In this document: positions 47,893 through 60,817 of the stretch, one piece after another | Layout of the letters: the number at the start of each line of letters is the position of its first letter | Position numbering within the stretch: the stretch's first letter is position 1 | DNA from: the human T2T-CHM13v2.0 reference genome, Homo sapiens | DNA length: 64,000 bases | Strand: one strand, 5' to 3' | Assembly: GCF_009914755.1 (NCBI RefSeq) | Contig: NC_060934.1 | Made by a program: the position numbers and the translations under genes | The notes under the pieces: generated by a model | Seen by the model: the letters and a program-made list of their open reading frames with translations, nothing else | Told to the model about the DNA's origin: nothing | Database searches by the model: none

Positions 47893-49628
47893 CCCCTGCT
47901 TTTCAGAGGGGCTGAACTAATTTACATTCTCACCAATAGTGTATAAGCATTCCCCTTTCTCTACAGCCTCACTAGCATTTACTTTTTTAAAAAACTTTTT
48001 AATAATAGCCATTCTGACTGGTATGAGATGGTATCTCCTTGTGGTTTTCACTTGCAATTCTCTGATGATTAGTGATATTGAGCATTGTTTTATGTTTGTT
48101 GGCTGTTCGTATGTCTTCTTTTGAGAAGTGTCTTTTCATATATTCTGCCCATTTTTTGAATGGAGTTGTTTTGTGCTTGTTGAATTAAGTTCCTTATAGA
48201 TTCTAGATATTAGACTTTTGTTGGATGCATAGTTTGTGAATATTTTCTCCCATCCTATAGTTCTGTTTACTCTGTTGATAGTTCCTGTTTTGTTATGTTT
48301 TGTTTTTTTGCTGTACAGAAGCTGTTTAATCTAATTGGTCCCACTTGTCAATTTTTGTTTTTGTTGCAATGGCTTTTGAATTTTAATAATAAATTCTTTC
48401 CTAAGGCTGATGCCCAGAACAGCATTTTCTAGGTTTTCTTCTAGGATTCTTATAGTTCAAAGTCTTATATTTAAGCTTTTAATCCACCTCAAGTTAATTT
48501 TTATATATAGTGAAATGCAGGGATCCTGTTTCATTCTTTTGCATGTGGCCAGCCAGCAATCCCAGAACCATTTATTGAATAAGGAATCTTTTCCTCATTG
48601 CTTATTTTGTCAACTTTGTCAAAGATCGGATGACTGTAGGAGTGTGGCTTTTTCTGGGTTATCTACTCTGTTACATTGGTCTATGTGTCTGTTTTTGTAT
48701 CAGTATCATGCTGTTTTTGTTACTATGGTCTCATAACATAGTTTAAAGTTGGATAATGTTATGCCTCTGCTTTGCTGTTTTTGCTTAAGATTGCTTTGGC
48801 TATTGAGGCTCTTTTTTCACTTCATATGAATTTTAGAATAGTTTTTTCTAATTCTTTGAAAAATGACCTTGGCAGTTTGATAGGAATAGCATTGAATCTA
48901 TAGATTGCTTTGGGCAGTATGCTATTTTAATGATATTGATTCTTCCTATCCATGAGCATGGAATATTTTTCCATTTGTTTGTGTCATCTACTATTTCCTT
49001 TAGCAATGTTTTTTAGTTTTCCTTGTAGAGATCCTCCTAGGTATTTCATTTTTTATGTGACTATTTTAAATGGGATTGCATTCTTCATGTGGCTCTCAGC
49101 TTGAATGTTATTGGTGTATAGAAATGCTACAGAGTTTTGTACACTGATTCTGTATCCTGAAACCTTACTGAAGTCATTTATCAGTTCTAGGAGCCTTTGG
49201 CAAAGTCTGTAGTGTTTTCTAGGTATAGAATCATCATTAGCAAAGAAAGATAGTTTGACTTCTTCTTTTCCTATTTGAATGCCTTTTATTTCTTTCCCTT
49301 GTCTGATTGCTCTTCCAGTACTACGTTGAATAGGAGTGCTGAGAGTGAGCATCCTTGTCTTGTTCCACCTCTCAAGGGAAATGGTTCCAGCTTTTGCCCA
49401 TTCAATATGATGTTGGCCATGGGTTTGTCACAGATGGCTCTTATTATTTTGAGGTGTATTCCTTTGATGCCTAGTTTGTCAAAGGCCTTTATCATGAAGG
49501 GATGTTGGATTTTATTGAAAGCTTTTTCTGGGTCTTATTTGGTGAATTGCATTTATTGAATTGTGCATGTTGAGCCAAACTTCCATCCCAGGGATTAAAC
49601 CTACTTAATCATGGTGTTAACTTTTTGA

Positions 49629-49916
<288 letters not shown>

Positions 49917-50324
49917 GCTAGTATTTTTTTAATTACTATTTTTTCTCACCCTTGCTGCCATCTTATGATTTTCTAGTATTTTGTTGAAGATTTTTGCATC
50001 TATTTTCATCAGGGATATTGGCCTGTAATTTTCTTTTTTCATTTCATCTTTACCACATTTTTGTATCAGGTTCATACTGGCTTCATAGAATGAGTTCAGG
50101 AATGGTCCCTCCTCCTCGAATTTTCTCTGTAGAATTAGTACCAGCTCTTTGTGTGTCTGGGAGAAGTTGTATGCCAATAATTTAAATGCAGTTAATATTT
50201 ACTGGACAATTTCCTCCAGATAATTGTATATGATTTTTGGTCCACCCTGAGTTGATACATGTATTTTAATTGTATCATGGTATGAAAAGAGCAAGAGTAT
50301 TTGGTCACCTAGTCTTGCCTATAG

Positions 50325-50686
<362 letters not shown>

Positions 50687-51294
50687 AGATTAGGCAATTT
50701 TATATTCCCAAATATCCAACTCTTCTGACCCGCTTTCTCAGCCTGGGTGTATCAGGCACAAGGCCTGTTCAGATTATGTGGTCTCTGAAGATATGGCTCT
50801 CCAGGGTTGACAATGTGGATAAGGATTCACCTGGTTTAGGATTTACACATTCGCCTTGAATGTCTGTTGCACCAAGTAGACAGTCCATCCCAACTTGGCC
50901 ATTTGGTCAGAGCTGTAAGGAGACAAGGAGGTGGGCAGCCGCTGCTGTGAACTGCTTGGACAAAGACTGCCAAATAGCTATCAGACAGTGTTAACAACAG
51001 CTGATTTAGGTTTGAAGGGGGCAGTCTCTTGGGCCACTTACTATGCTGCATCATCCTCTTTGGAAAATGCTCTTCAGGTAACTGCCTAACAGACTGAGAA
51101 AATAAAATGCTCACAGAGAAAAAAGACCCGGAAAGTCTGACTTCTCAGAGCTCAGTGTTTAGGTGCAGAACTGGATTGTGAAAGGATTTTTAAATTTTTT
51201 ATATTCATTGCAGGGAACATTCATTTATTCCATCCTTCTCCACTCCCACCTGTCTGTCGTTGTCTTTGTCTCTGTCTCCCCACCTCTCTCTCTA

Positions 51295-51295
<1 letters not shown>

Positions 51296-51359
<64 letters not shown>
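51296..51359. repeat. (AC)32 microsatellite
   Basis: Uninterrupted 64-nt AC run. Confidence 0.97.
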
Positions 51360-51361
<2 letters not shown>

Positions 51362-52197
51362 CTATTCATTGCCAACAGTAATAGAGTTGCTTCTTTACTT
51401 CTTGGAGAGAAAAGCCTCAATCTGAGGAAGCTGTGCTGACTAGCCTTGCTCTTAATCATGGAGACAATGCTTTATGCCTTTATCTTTGCACAGCTGAAAG
51501 CCATGGCAGAAGCAGTCCTCTAAACGAAATAAAATAGAAAGGTTCCTGCTAAGCCCTGGCAAATGCAGCCTTCTATCCCTCCCCCAACACTCACAGCTTC
51601 TGAGCAAGATGTAGCTGCCTTCCAGGAGGCTGGGTGATGGGCAATAATGAGCAGAGCCACGTGAAGGAAAGATGGGTGAAGAAATGTGTGTGGAGGTCAT
51701 GCTGGCTGCACTGACCATGAAACAAAGGATCTACCCCTCTAGTAACTGCCCTACTCCTTTGGTAACTGTTCTGAAATTATAACTTGCCAGAAGTTCAGAA
51801 GGACCTAGTGCAGGTATTAGAGGAAATTCGTAAGATTGAGCCATTTATTCCTGCACAGATACATAATAATGGACACGGGCCATGGTGGCCAGCATTCTTG
51901 CTCTTGACAATGGTGAAGGGAAGGGTTGTAGGTCATGGCTATGCTCTCAGAATTATAATGGAAAGAAACAGCTCCTGAGTGTTTACTATGAGCCAAGGGC
52001 TGTGCTAAACACTTTACCATATGATGACATCTTTTTCTCACAGGTATCAAAAAACAATAGGACATACCGGATAGCTACAATCTTTGGGCGCCTGCAAACA
52101 CAATAATGTGTATTCTCTTCTTCAAATCCTACATATTGCTACAAACTGTATCCCTGAGGCATATTCATTGTAAAATAAAAACATATAAAGTACTACT

Positions 52198-52491
<294 letters not shown>

Positions 52492-53151
52492 TAAAGTACT
52501 ACTAATGTAACAGGGTGCTAGTCCAGACAGTGACCACACGTGGTGTTCATTGAAGGCTGGACTAACAACTCCAGCCTCTCCGCCATCACAGAGTGATGAC
52601 TGCCTTCCCTGAAGCAAAGCTTCTGGTTCAAGGAAAGGCCAGTAAGTGACTGCTCTTTGTTGTATACATGTTAGATGATCAGGCCTCAAGAAAAGTATAA
52701 AGAGATCTTTGTGCTCTCTGGGACTCAAAAAGCTGCACTCTTTGGGGGAAGGATAGCCAGGTAAAAGTGGCCCAGGTAAAGAGGGCCTGGTACACCTGGT
52801 TCTGCAAGATGGTAGACACAAAAATGAGAGCCACATTTGGAGCTTATGTGCCCCTAACTCTGTACATAACCTGCAAGATCTAATTACTAACAACTGGAAT
52901 CTTGGAAACACCTGTAGTACATCCTTGGCTAAGGTTAGCCCCAACAGAGAGGGCTCTCCTCTTACAGAGAACCATTACATTTGTGCCTTCATCCTAGAGT
53001 AGAAAAGGCATGATCAGACTACTAAAAAGACATCAGGAAAGGGCCTGTGACATCTGAGGGAAGTGGTTGCCCTCTCTGGGATGTTGGTTCGGGAAGAGGG
53101 GCATGGAGGAGTGCCTGCTTTAGATGGTCATTCAGGAACCCAGGCTGATAG

Positions 53152-53772
53152 TGAGAGGTGAAGCCAGCTGGGCTTCTGGGCTAGGGGGGACTTGGAGAAC
53201 TTTTGTGTCTAGCTAAAGGATTGTAAATGCACCAATCAGCACTCTGTAAAATGGACCAATCAGCACTCTGTAAAATGGACCAATCAGCAGGATGTGGGCA
53301 GGGCCAAATAAGGGAATAAAAGCTGGCCACCAGAGCCAGCAGTGGCAAACTGCTCAGGTCCCCTTCCACGCTGTGGAAGCTTTGTTCTTTTGCTCTTCAC
53401 AATAAATCTTGCTGCTGCTCACTCTTTGGGTCTGCACTATCTTTATGAGCTGTAACACTCACCGTGAGGGTCTGTGGCTTCATTCCTGAAGTCAGTGAGA
53501 CCACAAACCCACTGGGAGGAACAAACAACTCTGGACACGCCAACTTTAAGAGCTGTAACATTCACTGCGAAGGTCTGCGGCTTCACCTCTGAAGTCAGCG
53601 AGACTATGAACCCACTGGAAGGAAGAAACTCCAGACACATCTGAACATCTGAAGGAAGAAACTCCAGACACACCATCTTTAAGAGCTGTAACACTCACTG
53701 CAAGGGTCTGCGGCTTCATTCTTGAAGTCAGCAAGACCAAGAACCCACTGGAAGGAAACAATTCCGGACACA
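53152..53772 (+). promoter_or_regulatory. 5' LTR12 (CCAAT/NF-Y repeats, TATA-like AATAAAA 53315-53321, polyA signal 53401-53406)
   Basis: TGAGAGGTGAAGCCAGCTGGGC...CACCAATCAGCACTCTG repeats; U5 tandem GAGCTGTAACACTCAC units; ends GGACACA. Confidence 0.93.
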
Positions 53773-53775
53773 TTT

Positions 53776-53793
53776 TGGTGACCCAGATGGGAC
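53776..53793 (+). other. Primer-binding site, tRNA-Arg
   Basis: TGGTGACCCAGATGGGAC is 17/18 complementary to the recalled 3' end of tRNA-Arg(CCG) (GTCCCATCTGGGTCGCCA). Splice donor G|GTGAGT at 53805/53806. Confidence 0.8.
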
Positions 53794-55034
53794 TATCACC
53801 AAGTGGTGAGTACCATCAACCCCTTTCACTTGTTATTCTGTCCTATTTTTCCTTAGAATTCGGGGGCTAAATATTGGGCACCTGTCAGCCAGTTAAAAGC
53901 GACTAGCATGGCTGCCAGACTTAAGAGACTAAAGACACGGGTGTCAGACTTTCTGGGAAAGGGCTCTCTAATAACCCCCAACTCTTTGGAGTTGGGAGCG
54001 TTGGTTTGCCTGGAACCAGCTTCCACATTTCCTGTACTTCTGGGCTGAGACGAGGGTCAACAGAGAGGAAAGCCATTCAGCTCTGGGGTCCCGACAGCAA
54101 GTTGGTTGACCCTGTGGCCATGAGCAGAACTCTCGAAGTCATGTTGCCCAAGCGAGACTCACCCATCTATCCTATCTATCCTGACTCTTGCTTCCTGGGT
54201 CCTAATGCCTGGAAGACAAAACTTCCTCTTGTCTCTGTTCTCCAAGGCTAGTCCCACTTCTAAAAACCACTCCCTGTCTCTGGTGCTTTTCTAGTTTCTC
54301 CTATAAGAATGATTTCTAGTATAAACTCCAGGACTCTATTCTCTTCTTTAGGCACCCGGGCTCACCAATCAGAAAGCCATAATTTTTGCCCAAAGCCCCA
54401 TCTTAGGGGGGACTATCTGGAATTTTAGGATCCCTCCTCAGACAAGCAGGCCTAACAAAAGCTATTCCTGAAGCTAGGATATGGGGAGCCTCAGAAATGA
54501 TATCCTTCCTATTCAAGTGAGGACAAAAGGCATCACTCTTCCAATTCTGGAGATCCCTTCCCTCCCTCAGGGTATGGCCCTCCACTTCACTTTTGGGGCA
54601 TAACGTCTTTATAGGACACGGGTAAAGTCCCAATACTAACAGGAGAATGTTTAGGACTCTAACAGGTTTTCAAGAATGTGTCGGTAAGGGCCACTAAATC
54701 CGATTTTTCTCGGTCCTCTTTGTGGTCTAGGAGGACAGGTAAGGGTGCAGGTTTTCAAGAATGTGTTGGTAAGGGCCACTAAATCTGACATTCCTTGGTC
54801 CTCCTTGTGGTCTAGGAGGAAAACTAGTGTTTCTGCTGCTGCATCAGTGAGCGCAACTATTCCAATCAACAGGGTCCAGGGACCATTGTGGGTTCTTGGG
54901 CAAGAGGTGTTTCTGCTGCTGCATTGGTGGGCTCAACTATTCCAATCAGCAGGGTCCAGTGACCTTTGCGGGTTCTTGGGTCGGGGGGTGGGGGGAACAA
55001 ACAGACCAAAACTGGGGGCAGTTTTGTCTTTCAG

Positions 55035-56494
55035 ATGGGAAACACTCAGGCACCAACAGGCTCACCCTTGAAATGTATCCTAAGCCATTGGGACTAATTT
55101 GACCCGCAAACCCTGAAAAAGAGGTGGCTCATTTTATTCTGCACTATGGCCTGGTCCCAATATTCTCTCTCTGATGGGGAAAAATGGCCACCTGAAGGAA
55201 GTATAAATTACAATACTATCCTGCAGCTTGACCTTTTCTGTAAGAGGGAAGGCAAATGGAGTGAAATACCTTATGTCCAAACTTTCTTTTCATTAAAGGA
55301 AAATCCACAACTATGCAAAACTTACAATTCACATCCCACAAGAGGACCTCTCAGCTTACCCCCATATCCTAGCCTCCCTATAGCTCCCCTTCCTATTAAT
55401 GATAAGCCTCCTCTAATCTCCCCCACCCAGAAGGAAACAAGCAAAGAAATCTCCAAAGGACCACAAAAACCCCTGGGCTATCGGTTATGTCCCCTTCAAG
55501 CTGTAGCGGGGGAGGGGAATTTGGCCCAACCCAGGTACATGTCCCCTTCTCCCTCTCTGATTTAAAGCAGATCAAGGCAGACCAGGGGAAGCTTTCAGAT
55601 GATCCTGATAGGTATACAGATGTCCTACAGGGTCTAGGGCAAACCTTCAATCTCACTTGGAGAGATGTCATGCTATTGTTAGATCAAACCCTGGCCTTTA
55701 ATTTAAAGAATGTGGCTTTAGCCACAGCCCGAGAGTTTGGAGATACCTGGTATCTTAGTCAAGTAAATGATAGAATGACAGCTGGGGAAAGGGACAAAGT
55801 CTCTCCCGGTCAGCAAGCCATCCCTAGTGTGGATCCCCACTGGGACCTAGACTCAGATCATTGGGACTGGAGTCGCAAACATCTGTTGACCTGTGTTCTA
55901 GAAAGACTAAGGAGAATTAGGAAAGAGCCTATGAATTATTCAATGATGTCCACCATAACTCAGGAAAAGGAAGAAAGTCTTGCCTTCCTTGAGTGGCTAC
56001 AGGAGGCCTTAAGAAAATATACTCCCCTGTCACCCAACTCACTCAAGGGTTAATTGATTCTAAAAGATATGTTTATTACTCAATCAGCTGCAGATATCAG
56101 GAGAAAGCTCCAAAAGCAAGCCCTTGGCCCTGAACAAAATCTGGAGGCATTATTAAACCTGGCAACCTTGGTGTTCTATAATAGGGGCCAAGAGGAGCAG
56201 GCCAAAATGGAAAAGCGAGATAAGAGAAAGGCCACAGCCTTAGTCATGGCCCTCAGACAAACAAACCTTGGTGGTTCAGAGAGGACAGAAAATGGAGCAG
56301 GCCAATCACCCAGTAGGGCTTGTTGTCAGTGTGGTTTGCAAGGACAGTTTAAAAAAGATTGTCCTATGAGAAACAAGCTGCCCCCTCACCCATGTCCACT
56401 ATGCTGAAGCAATCACTGGAAGCCACACTGCCCCAAAGGACAAAGATTATCTGGGCCAGAAGCCCCCAAGCAGATGATCCAACCACAGGACTGA
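55035..56494 (+). pseudogene. gag: HERV9 gag (MA-CA-NC), defective
   Basis: [40 protein letters not shown]; [12 protein letters not shown]; QSAADIRRKLQK; Cys knuckles CCQCG..KKDC and CPLC*SNHWKPHC. Stops at 55095, 56051 and 56405; frameshift near 55505. Confidence 0.92.
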
Positions 56495-56727
56495 GGGTGC
56501 TCAGGGTTAGCGCCAGCTCATGTCATCACCCTCACTGAGCCCTGGGTACATTTAACCATTGAGGGCCAGGAAATTGACTTCCTACTGGACACTGGTGCGG
56601 CTTTCTCAGTGTTAACCTCCTGTCCTGGACAGCTGTCCTCAAGGTCTGTTACCATCCGAGGAATCCTGGGACAGCCTATATCCAGGTATTTCTCCCACCT
56701 CCTCAGTTGTAACTGGGAGACTTTGCT
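56495..56727 (+). pseudogene. pro: HERV9 protease, truncated
   Basis: In frame after the gag TGA: ..LTIEGQEIDFLLDTGAAFSVL.. (DTGA at 56588-56599); cut at WETLL. Confidence 0.9.
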
Positions 56728-56915
56728 ACAGATAGTAAGTATGCTTACCTAATCCTACATGCCCATGCTGCGATATGGAAAGAAAGGGAATTCCTAACTT
56801 CTGGGTGAACCCCCATTAAATATCACAAGGAAACTATGGAGTTATTGCACACAGTGCAAAAACCCAAGGAGGTGGCGGTCTTACATTGCCGAAGCCATCA
56901 AAAGGGGAAGGAGAG
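56728..56915 (+). pseudogene. pol: HERV9 pol RNase H C-terminal fragment (RT deleted)
   Basis: TDSKYAYLILHAHAAIWKEREFLTSG*TPIKYHKE..VQKPKEVAVLHCRSHQKG. Confidence 0.88.
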
Positions 56916-56939
56916 GGGAGAACTGCAGCATAAGTGGCT

Positions 56940-57165
56940 GGCAGAGGCAGGGAAAGACAAGCAGAAAGGAAAGAGAGAAAGAGCAGAAAGTGAGAGAGAA
57001 AGAGAGATAGGAAGTGATAGCAAAGAGGGAGTCAGAAAGAAAAGAGAGAGGAGAGAGAGAGGGGGAAAGACAGAGAGAGACAGAGGAAGAGACAGAGAGA
57101 CAGAAAGAGAGAAGCAAAGAGAGGAAGAGACAAAGAAGGAGTCAAAGAGAGGGAAAGAGAAGTAG
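56940..57165. repeat. GA-rich low-complexity tract inside the provirus
   Basis: (GA)/(GAGACA)-type purine run. Confidence 0.9.
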
Positions 57166-57671
57166 TAAAGAAAAAACAGTGTACCCTATTCCTTTAAAAG
57201 CCAGGTTAAATTTAAAACCTATAATTGATAATTGAAGGCCTTTTCTGTAACCCTATAATACTCCAATACCACCTTGTTGTCAGTGTAAACAAGGGTATAG
57301 CCCAAAAGCACTGAGGCCACTGACAACCCGTAGCCTTCTTATCAAAAATCCTTAACACAGCAGGTTTCCTAACAGGGAATCTAAATCTTAAGGTCGGACC
57401 AGACATAGGAGGAACTGCCTTCAGGACAGGATGATAGATGGTTCCTCCCAGGTGATTAAGGAAAAAGACACAATGGGTATTCAGTAAGTGATAAGGAAAC
57501 TCTTATAGAAGCAGAGTTAGGAAAATTGCCTAATAAGTGGTCTGCTCAAACGTTGAAGCTGTTTGCTGTTTGCACTCAGCTAAACCTTAAAGTACTTACA
57601 GAATCAGGAAGGAGCCATCTATACCAATTCTAAGTTAATATGGACTGAACGAGGTTTTATTAATAGCAAAG
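57158..57671 (+). pseudogene. pol: Fragmented pol remnants resembling HERV-I/HERVIP10 (RT start, tether, second RNase H)
   Basis: YPIPLKARLNLKPIID; PYNTPI; QPVAFLSKIL; IDGSSQVIKE/RHNGYSV..GKLPNKWSAQT..LKYLQNQEGAIYTNSK..IWTERGFINSK. Confidence 0.7.
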
Positions 57672-57747
57672 AAAATTAAAATCTCAAACTTACAAGGTTT
57701 TCAACTAAAGTAAAGTTTGCTAAAAGTTAACAGCGTAACATGTATTA

Positions 57748-58331
57748 TCCTACTACCACACACTCTCTCAAAGGATTTCTCAGACAGTTTGCAAAAAAGA
57801 ACGAAATCTGTCCTTACTCTACAATCCCAAATAGACTCTTTGGCAGCAGTGACTCTCCAAAACCGCTGAGGCCTAGACCTCCTCACTGCTGAGAAAGGAA
57901 GACTCTGCACCTTCTTAGGGGTAGAGTGTTGTTTTTATACTAACCAGTCAGGGATAGTATGAGATACCACCCAGTGTTTACAGGAAAAGGCTTCTGAAAT
58001 CAGACAATGCCTTTCAAACTCTTATACCAACCTCTGGAGTTGGGCGACATGGCTTCTCCCCTTTCTAGGTCCTGTGACAGCCATCTTGCTAATAGTCGCA
58101 TTTGGGCCCTGTATTTTTAACCTCTTGGTCAAATTTGTTTCCTCTAGGATCGAGGCCATCAAGCTACAGATGATCTTACAAATGTAACCCCAAATGAGCT
58201 CAACTAACAACTTCTGCTGAGGACCCCTGGACCGACCCGCTGGCCCTTTCAATGGCCTAAAGAGCTCCCCTCTGGAGGACACTACCACTGCAGGGCCCCT
58301 TCTTCACCCCTATCCAGCAGGAAGTAGCTAC
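57748..58331 (+). pseudogene. env: HERV9 env TM subunit remnant (SU deleted)
   Basis: [39 protein letters not shown] (ISD and CX6CC); TM helix WLLPFLGPVTAILLIVAFGPCIFNLLVKFVSSRIEAIKLQM; several stops. Confidence 0.92.
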
Positions 58332-58386
58332 AGCGGTCATCGCCAAATCCCAACAGCAGCTGGGGTGTCCTGTTTGGAGGGGGGAT

Positions 58387-59024
58387 TGAGAGGTGAAGCC
58401 AGCTGGGCTTCTGGGTCAGGTGGGGACTTGGAGAACTTTTGTGTCTAGCTAAAGGATTGTAAATGCACCAATCAGCACTCTGTGTCTAGCTAAAGGATTG
58501 TAAATGCACCAATCAGCACTCTGTAAAATGGACCAATCAGCAGGATGTGGGCGGGGTCAAATAAGGGAGTAAAAACTGGCCACCCGAGCCAGCAGTGGCA
58601 ACCCACTCGGGTCCCCTTCCACACTGTGGAAGCTTTGTTCTTTTGCTCTTCACAATAAATCTTGCTGCTGCTCATTCTTTGTGTCCACACTACCTTTATG
58701 AGCTGTAACACTCACTGCGAGGGTCTGTGGCTTCATTCCTGAAGTCAACAGACCACGAACCCACTGGAAGGAACAAAGAACTCCCGATGTGCTGCCTTTA
58801 AGAGCTGTAACACTCACTGCGAAGCTCTGCAGCTTCACTCCTGAAGTCAGTGAGACCACAAACCCACCAGAAGGAAGAAACTCTGGACACACCTGAATAT
58901 CTGAAGGAACAAACTCCAGACACACCATCTTTCAGAGCTGTAACACTCACCGCAAGGGTCTGTGGCTTCATTCTTGAAGTCAGCAAGACCAAGAACCCAC
59001 CGGAAGGAACAAATTCCAGACACA
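58387..59024 (+). promoter_or_regulatory. 3' LTR12 (CCAAT repeats, GC box 58549-58556, polyA signal 58654-58659)
   Basis: Homologous to the 5' LTR; preceded by the PPT. Confidence 0.93.
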
Positions 59025-59295
59025 GTAGGAAATCTGTATTTTTGATCTGTGGCTTTCAGGGTTACTCCAGTCATTGAAGTCTCCATTGCAGCCTTAAGGA
59101 AACAGAGAATGGTTTGGAGGAGCACATGTGGGAATTGTTATGGACCAGGCTTGAGATGCACATAGGGCATTTCTGATCAAACCTAGCTGGAAGCAGGGCC
59201 AGGAAATATAATCTAAGGAAGACAGTTTTTGTAGACAGTAGTAGTCTTTGCATCTGAGACATGTAGATTATCAAGCAATTAATTAGAAAAAATAT

Positions 59296-59600
59296 AGCCA
59301 GGTGCGATGGCTCATGCCTGTAATCCCAGCACTTTGGGAGGCCAAGGGGTGTGGATCACGAGGTCAGGCGTTCGAGACCAGCCTGGCCAACATGGTGAAA
59401 CCCCGTCTCTACTAAAAATACAAAAATTAGCCTGGTGTGGTGGCACGCATCTGTAATCCCAGTACTCAGGAGGCTGAGGCAGGGGAATCTCTTGAACTTG
59501 GGAGGCAGAGGTTGCAGTGAGCCAAGATCACACCACAGCACTCCATCCTGGGTGACAGAGCGAGACTCTGTCTCAAAAAAAAAAAAAAAAAAAAGGAAAG
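59296..59600 (+). mobile_element. Alu (AluS-like)
   Basis: Alu dimer with A tail; TSD-like AAAATATA. Confidence 0.95.
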
Positions 59601-59624
59601 GAAAATATAATCAAGAATATTGAC

Positions 59625-59780
59625 AGGTAACATTTATTCAACACTTACTATGCACCAGGCAATACACTAAGTGTTTTACATGGATTAACTCATTTAATCT
59701 TAACAATAGCCCTATGAAGTCAGTGCTGTTATTATCTCCACTTTATAGATAAGGAAACTGAAGTACAGAAAGGTCAAGTA
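59625..59780 (-). mobile_element. MIR
   Basis: CACTTACTATGCACCAGGCA...AACTCATTTAATCTTAACAA...AGATAAGGAAACTGA. Confidence 0.85.
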
Positions 59781-60639
59781 GAGAAATGGCCATGCTTGCA
59801 TTCTCAGTTTTTGAAGCAACTGTTACAGGAATCTGGTGTGAGAAATGCTCTAACAAGATGTGAGTCAGGGGTTGGGAGGTACTGAGTCTGAGTTGGGCAG
59901 TTGGGGATGGAAGGATGGATGAAGAACAGCTTGACAGAGAAGCTGACACTTGGCAACTCTGTGGGACCTTGAAGGGTTAGAGGGACTTCACCAAAGAAAC
60001 TGGTGGTCAGGGAAACGGGAGGGTCACGGCAAGGAGGGAAAGGAAACTGTACCACAGCAGAGAGTCTGAAGCTACTACAGTGTAGTTCAGCGTATAAAGA
60101 ATAATTATTTTAAGGTAAACTTATAACCTCATGCAAATATAAAATGAACATGTGTCAAAGATCTTATTTAATTTATTAATTAATGAGGGAACCTGTAAGA
60201 TGTTACAGCCAGTTCAAAGGATAATTCAAATAAATCCATGCACATATGTAGGCAATAAGGAATGCTGAAATGAATTTAAAAGTAGATGTAAACTGATTTA
60301 TCCACAGAGAAATAATCAGTTGCATTTCACATAACAAAATTCAGTTGCTTTTCTACAGAAGGAATTGTTTGCATCATTACCAATTTTTCTACAACTAACA
60401 GAATTATAAAATAACTCAAACACAATGAAAGGCAGATATAACCCACAATGGTATGATAGATACAATATCCACATCCAGGATGTTTTTTTCTCATTTCAAA
60501 GTCTTTCACAAGTTTTCCTGATAAGGCAGTGTCAATAATACTGTATGGCAGGCAATAAGACTGGATGGATGGTTGGGGCCAGGTTTTAAGGGGTAATAAA
60601 TGCCATGTAAAGGTATGTGCATACTGTGCAACATGTCGG

Positions 60640-60817
60640 GGAATCTCAAATTATTGGTAGAGTATGTAAGAAACACTTGTGGAGCTTGTTAATAAATTCA
60701 AATTCCCAGACCCAACTCCTCAAGGGTCTAATACAGTAGGTTTGGAGTAAAGCCTGAAAATCTGCAATTGTGCAAAAAAAAAAACCCAGGTGATTCTGAT
60801 ACACTTTGAGAAGCACT
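60640..60817. mobile_element. MER5A/B (hAT-Charlie)
   Basis: GGAGCTTGTTAA...CCCAGGTGATTCTGAT..ACTTTGAGAAGCACTG. Confidence 0.7.

Larger units (their letters stand above)
53152..59024 (+). mobile_element. HERV9 (ERV9/LTR12) provirus, two LTRs, internally deleted and non-autonomous
   Basis: Paired TG...CA LTRs, tRNA-Arg PBS, gag/pro/RNase H/env-TM remnants, PPT GGAGGGGGGA, 4-bp TSD ATAG/GTAG. Confidence 0.95.

Noticed and set aside
55146-56407. gag ORFs (139, 188, 117 aa) as a functional or domesticated gene
   Set aside because: Three in-frame stops and a frameshift; the first zinc knuckle has lost its His.
57748-58331. Syncytin-like functional env
   Set aside because: SU is absent, there is a stop inside the ISD (57867-57869) and further stops follow.
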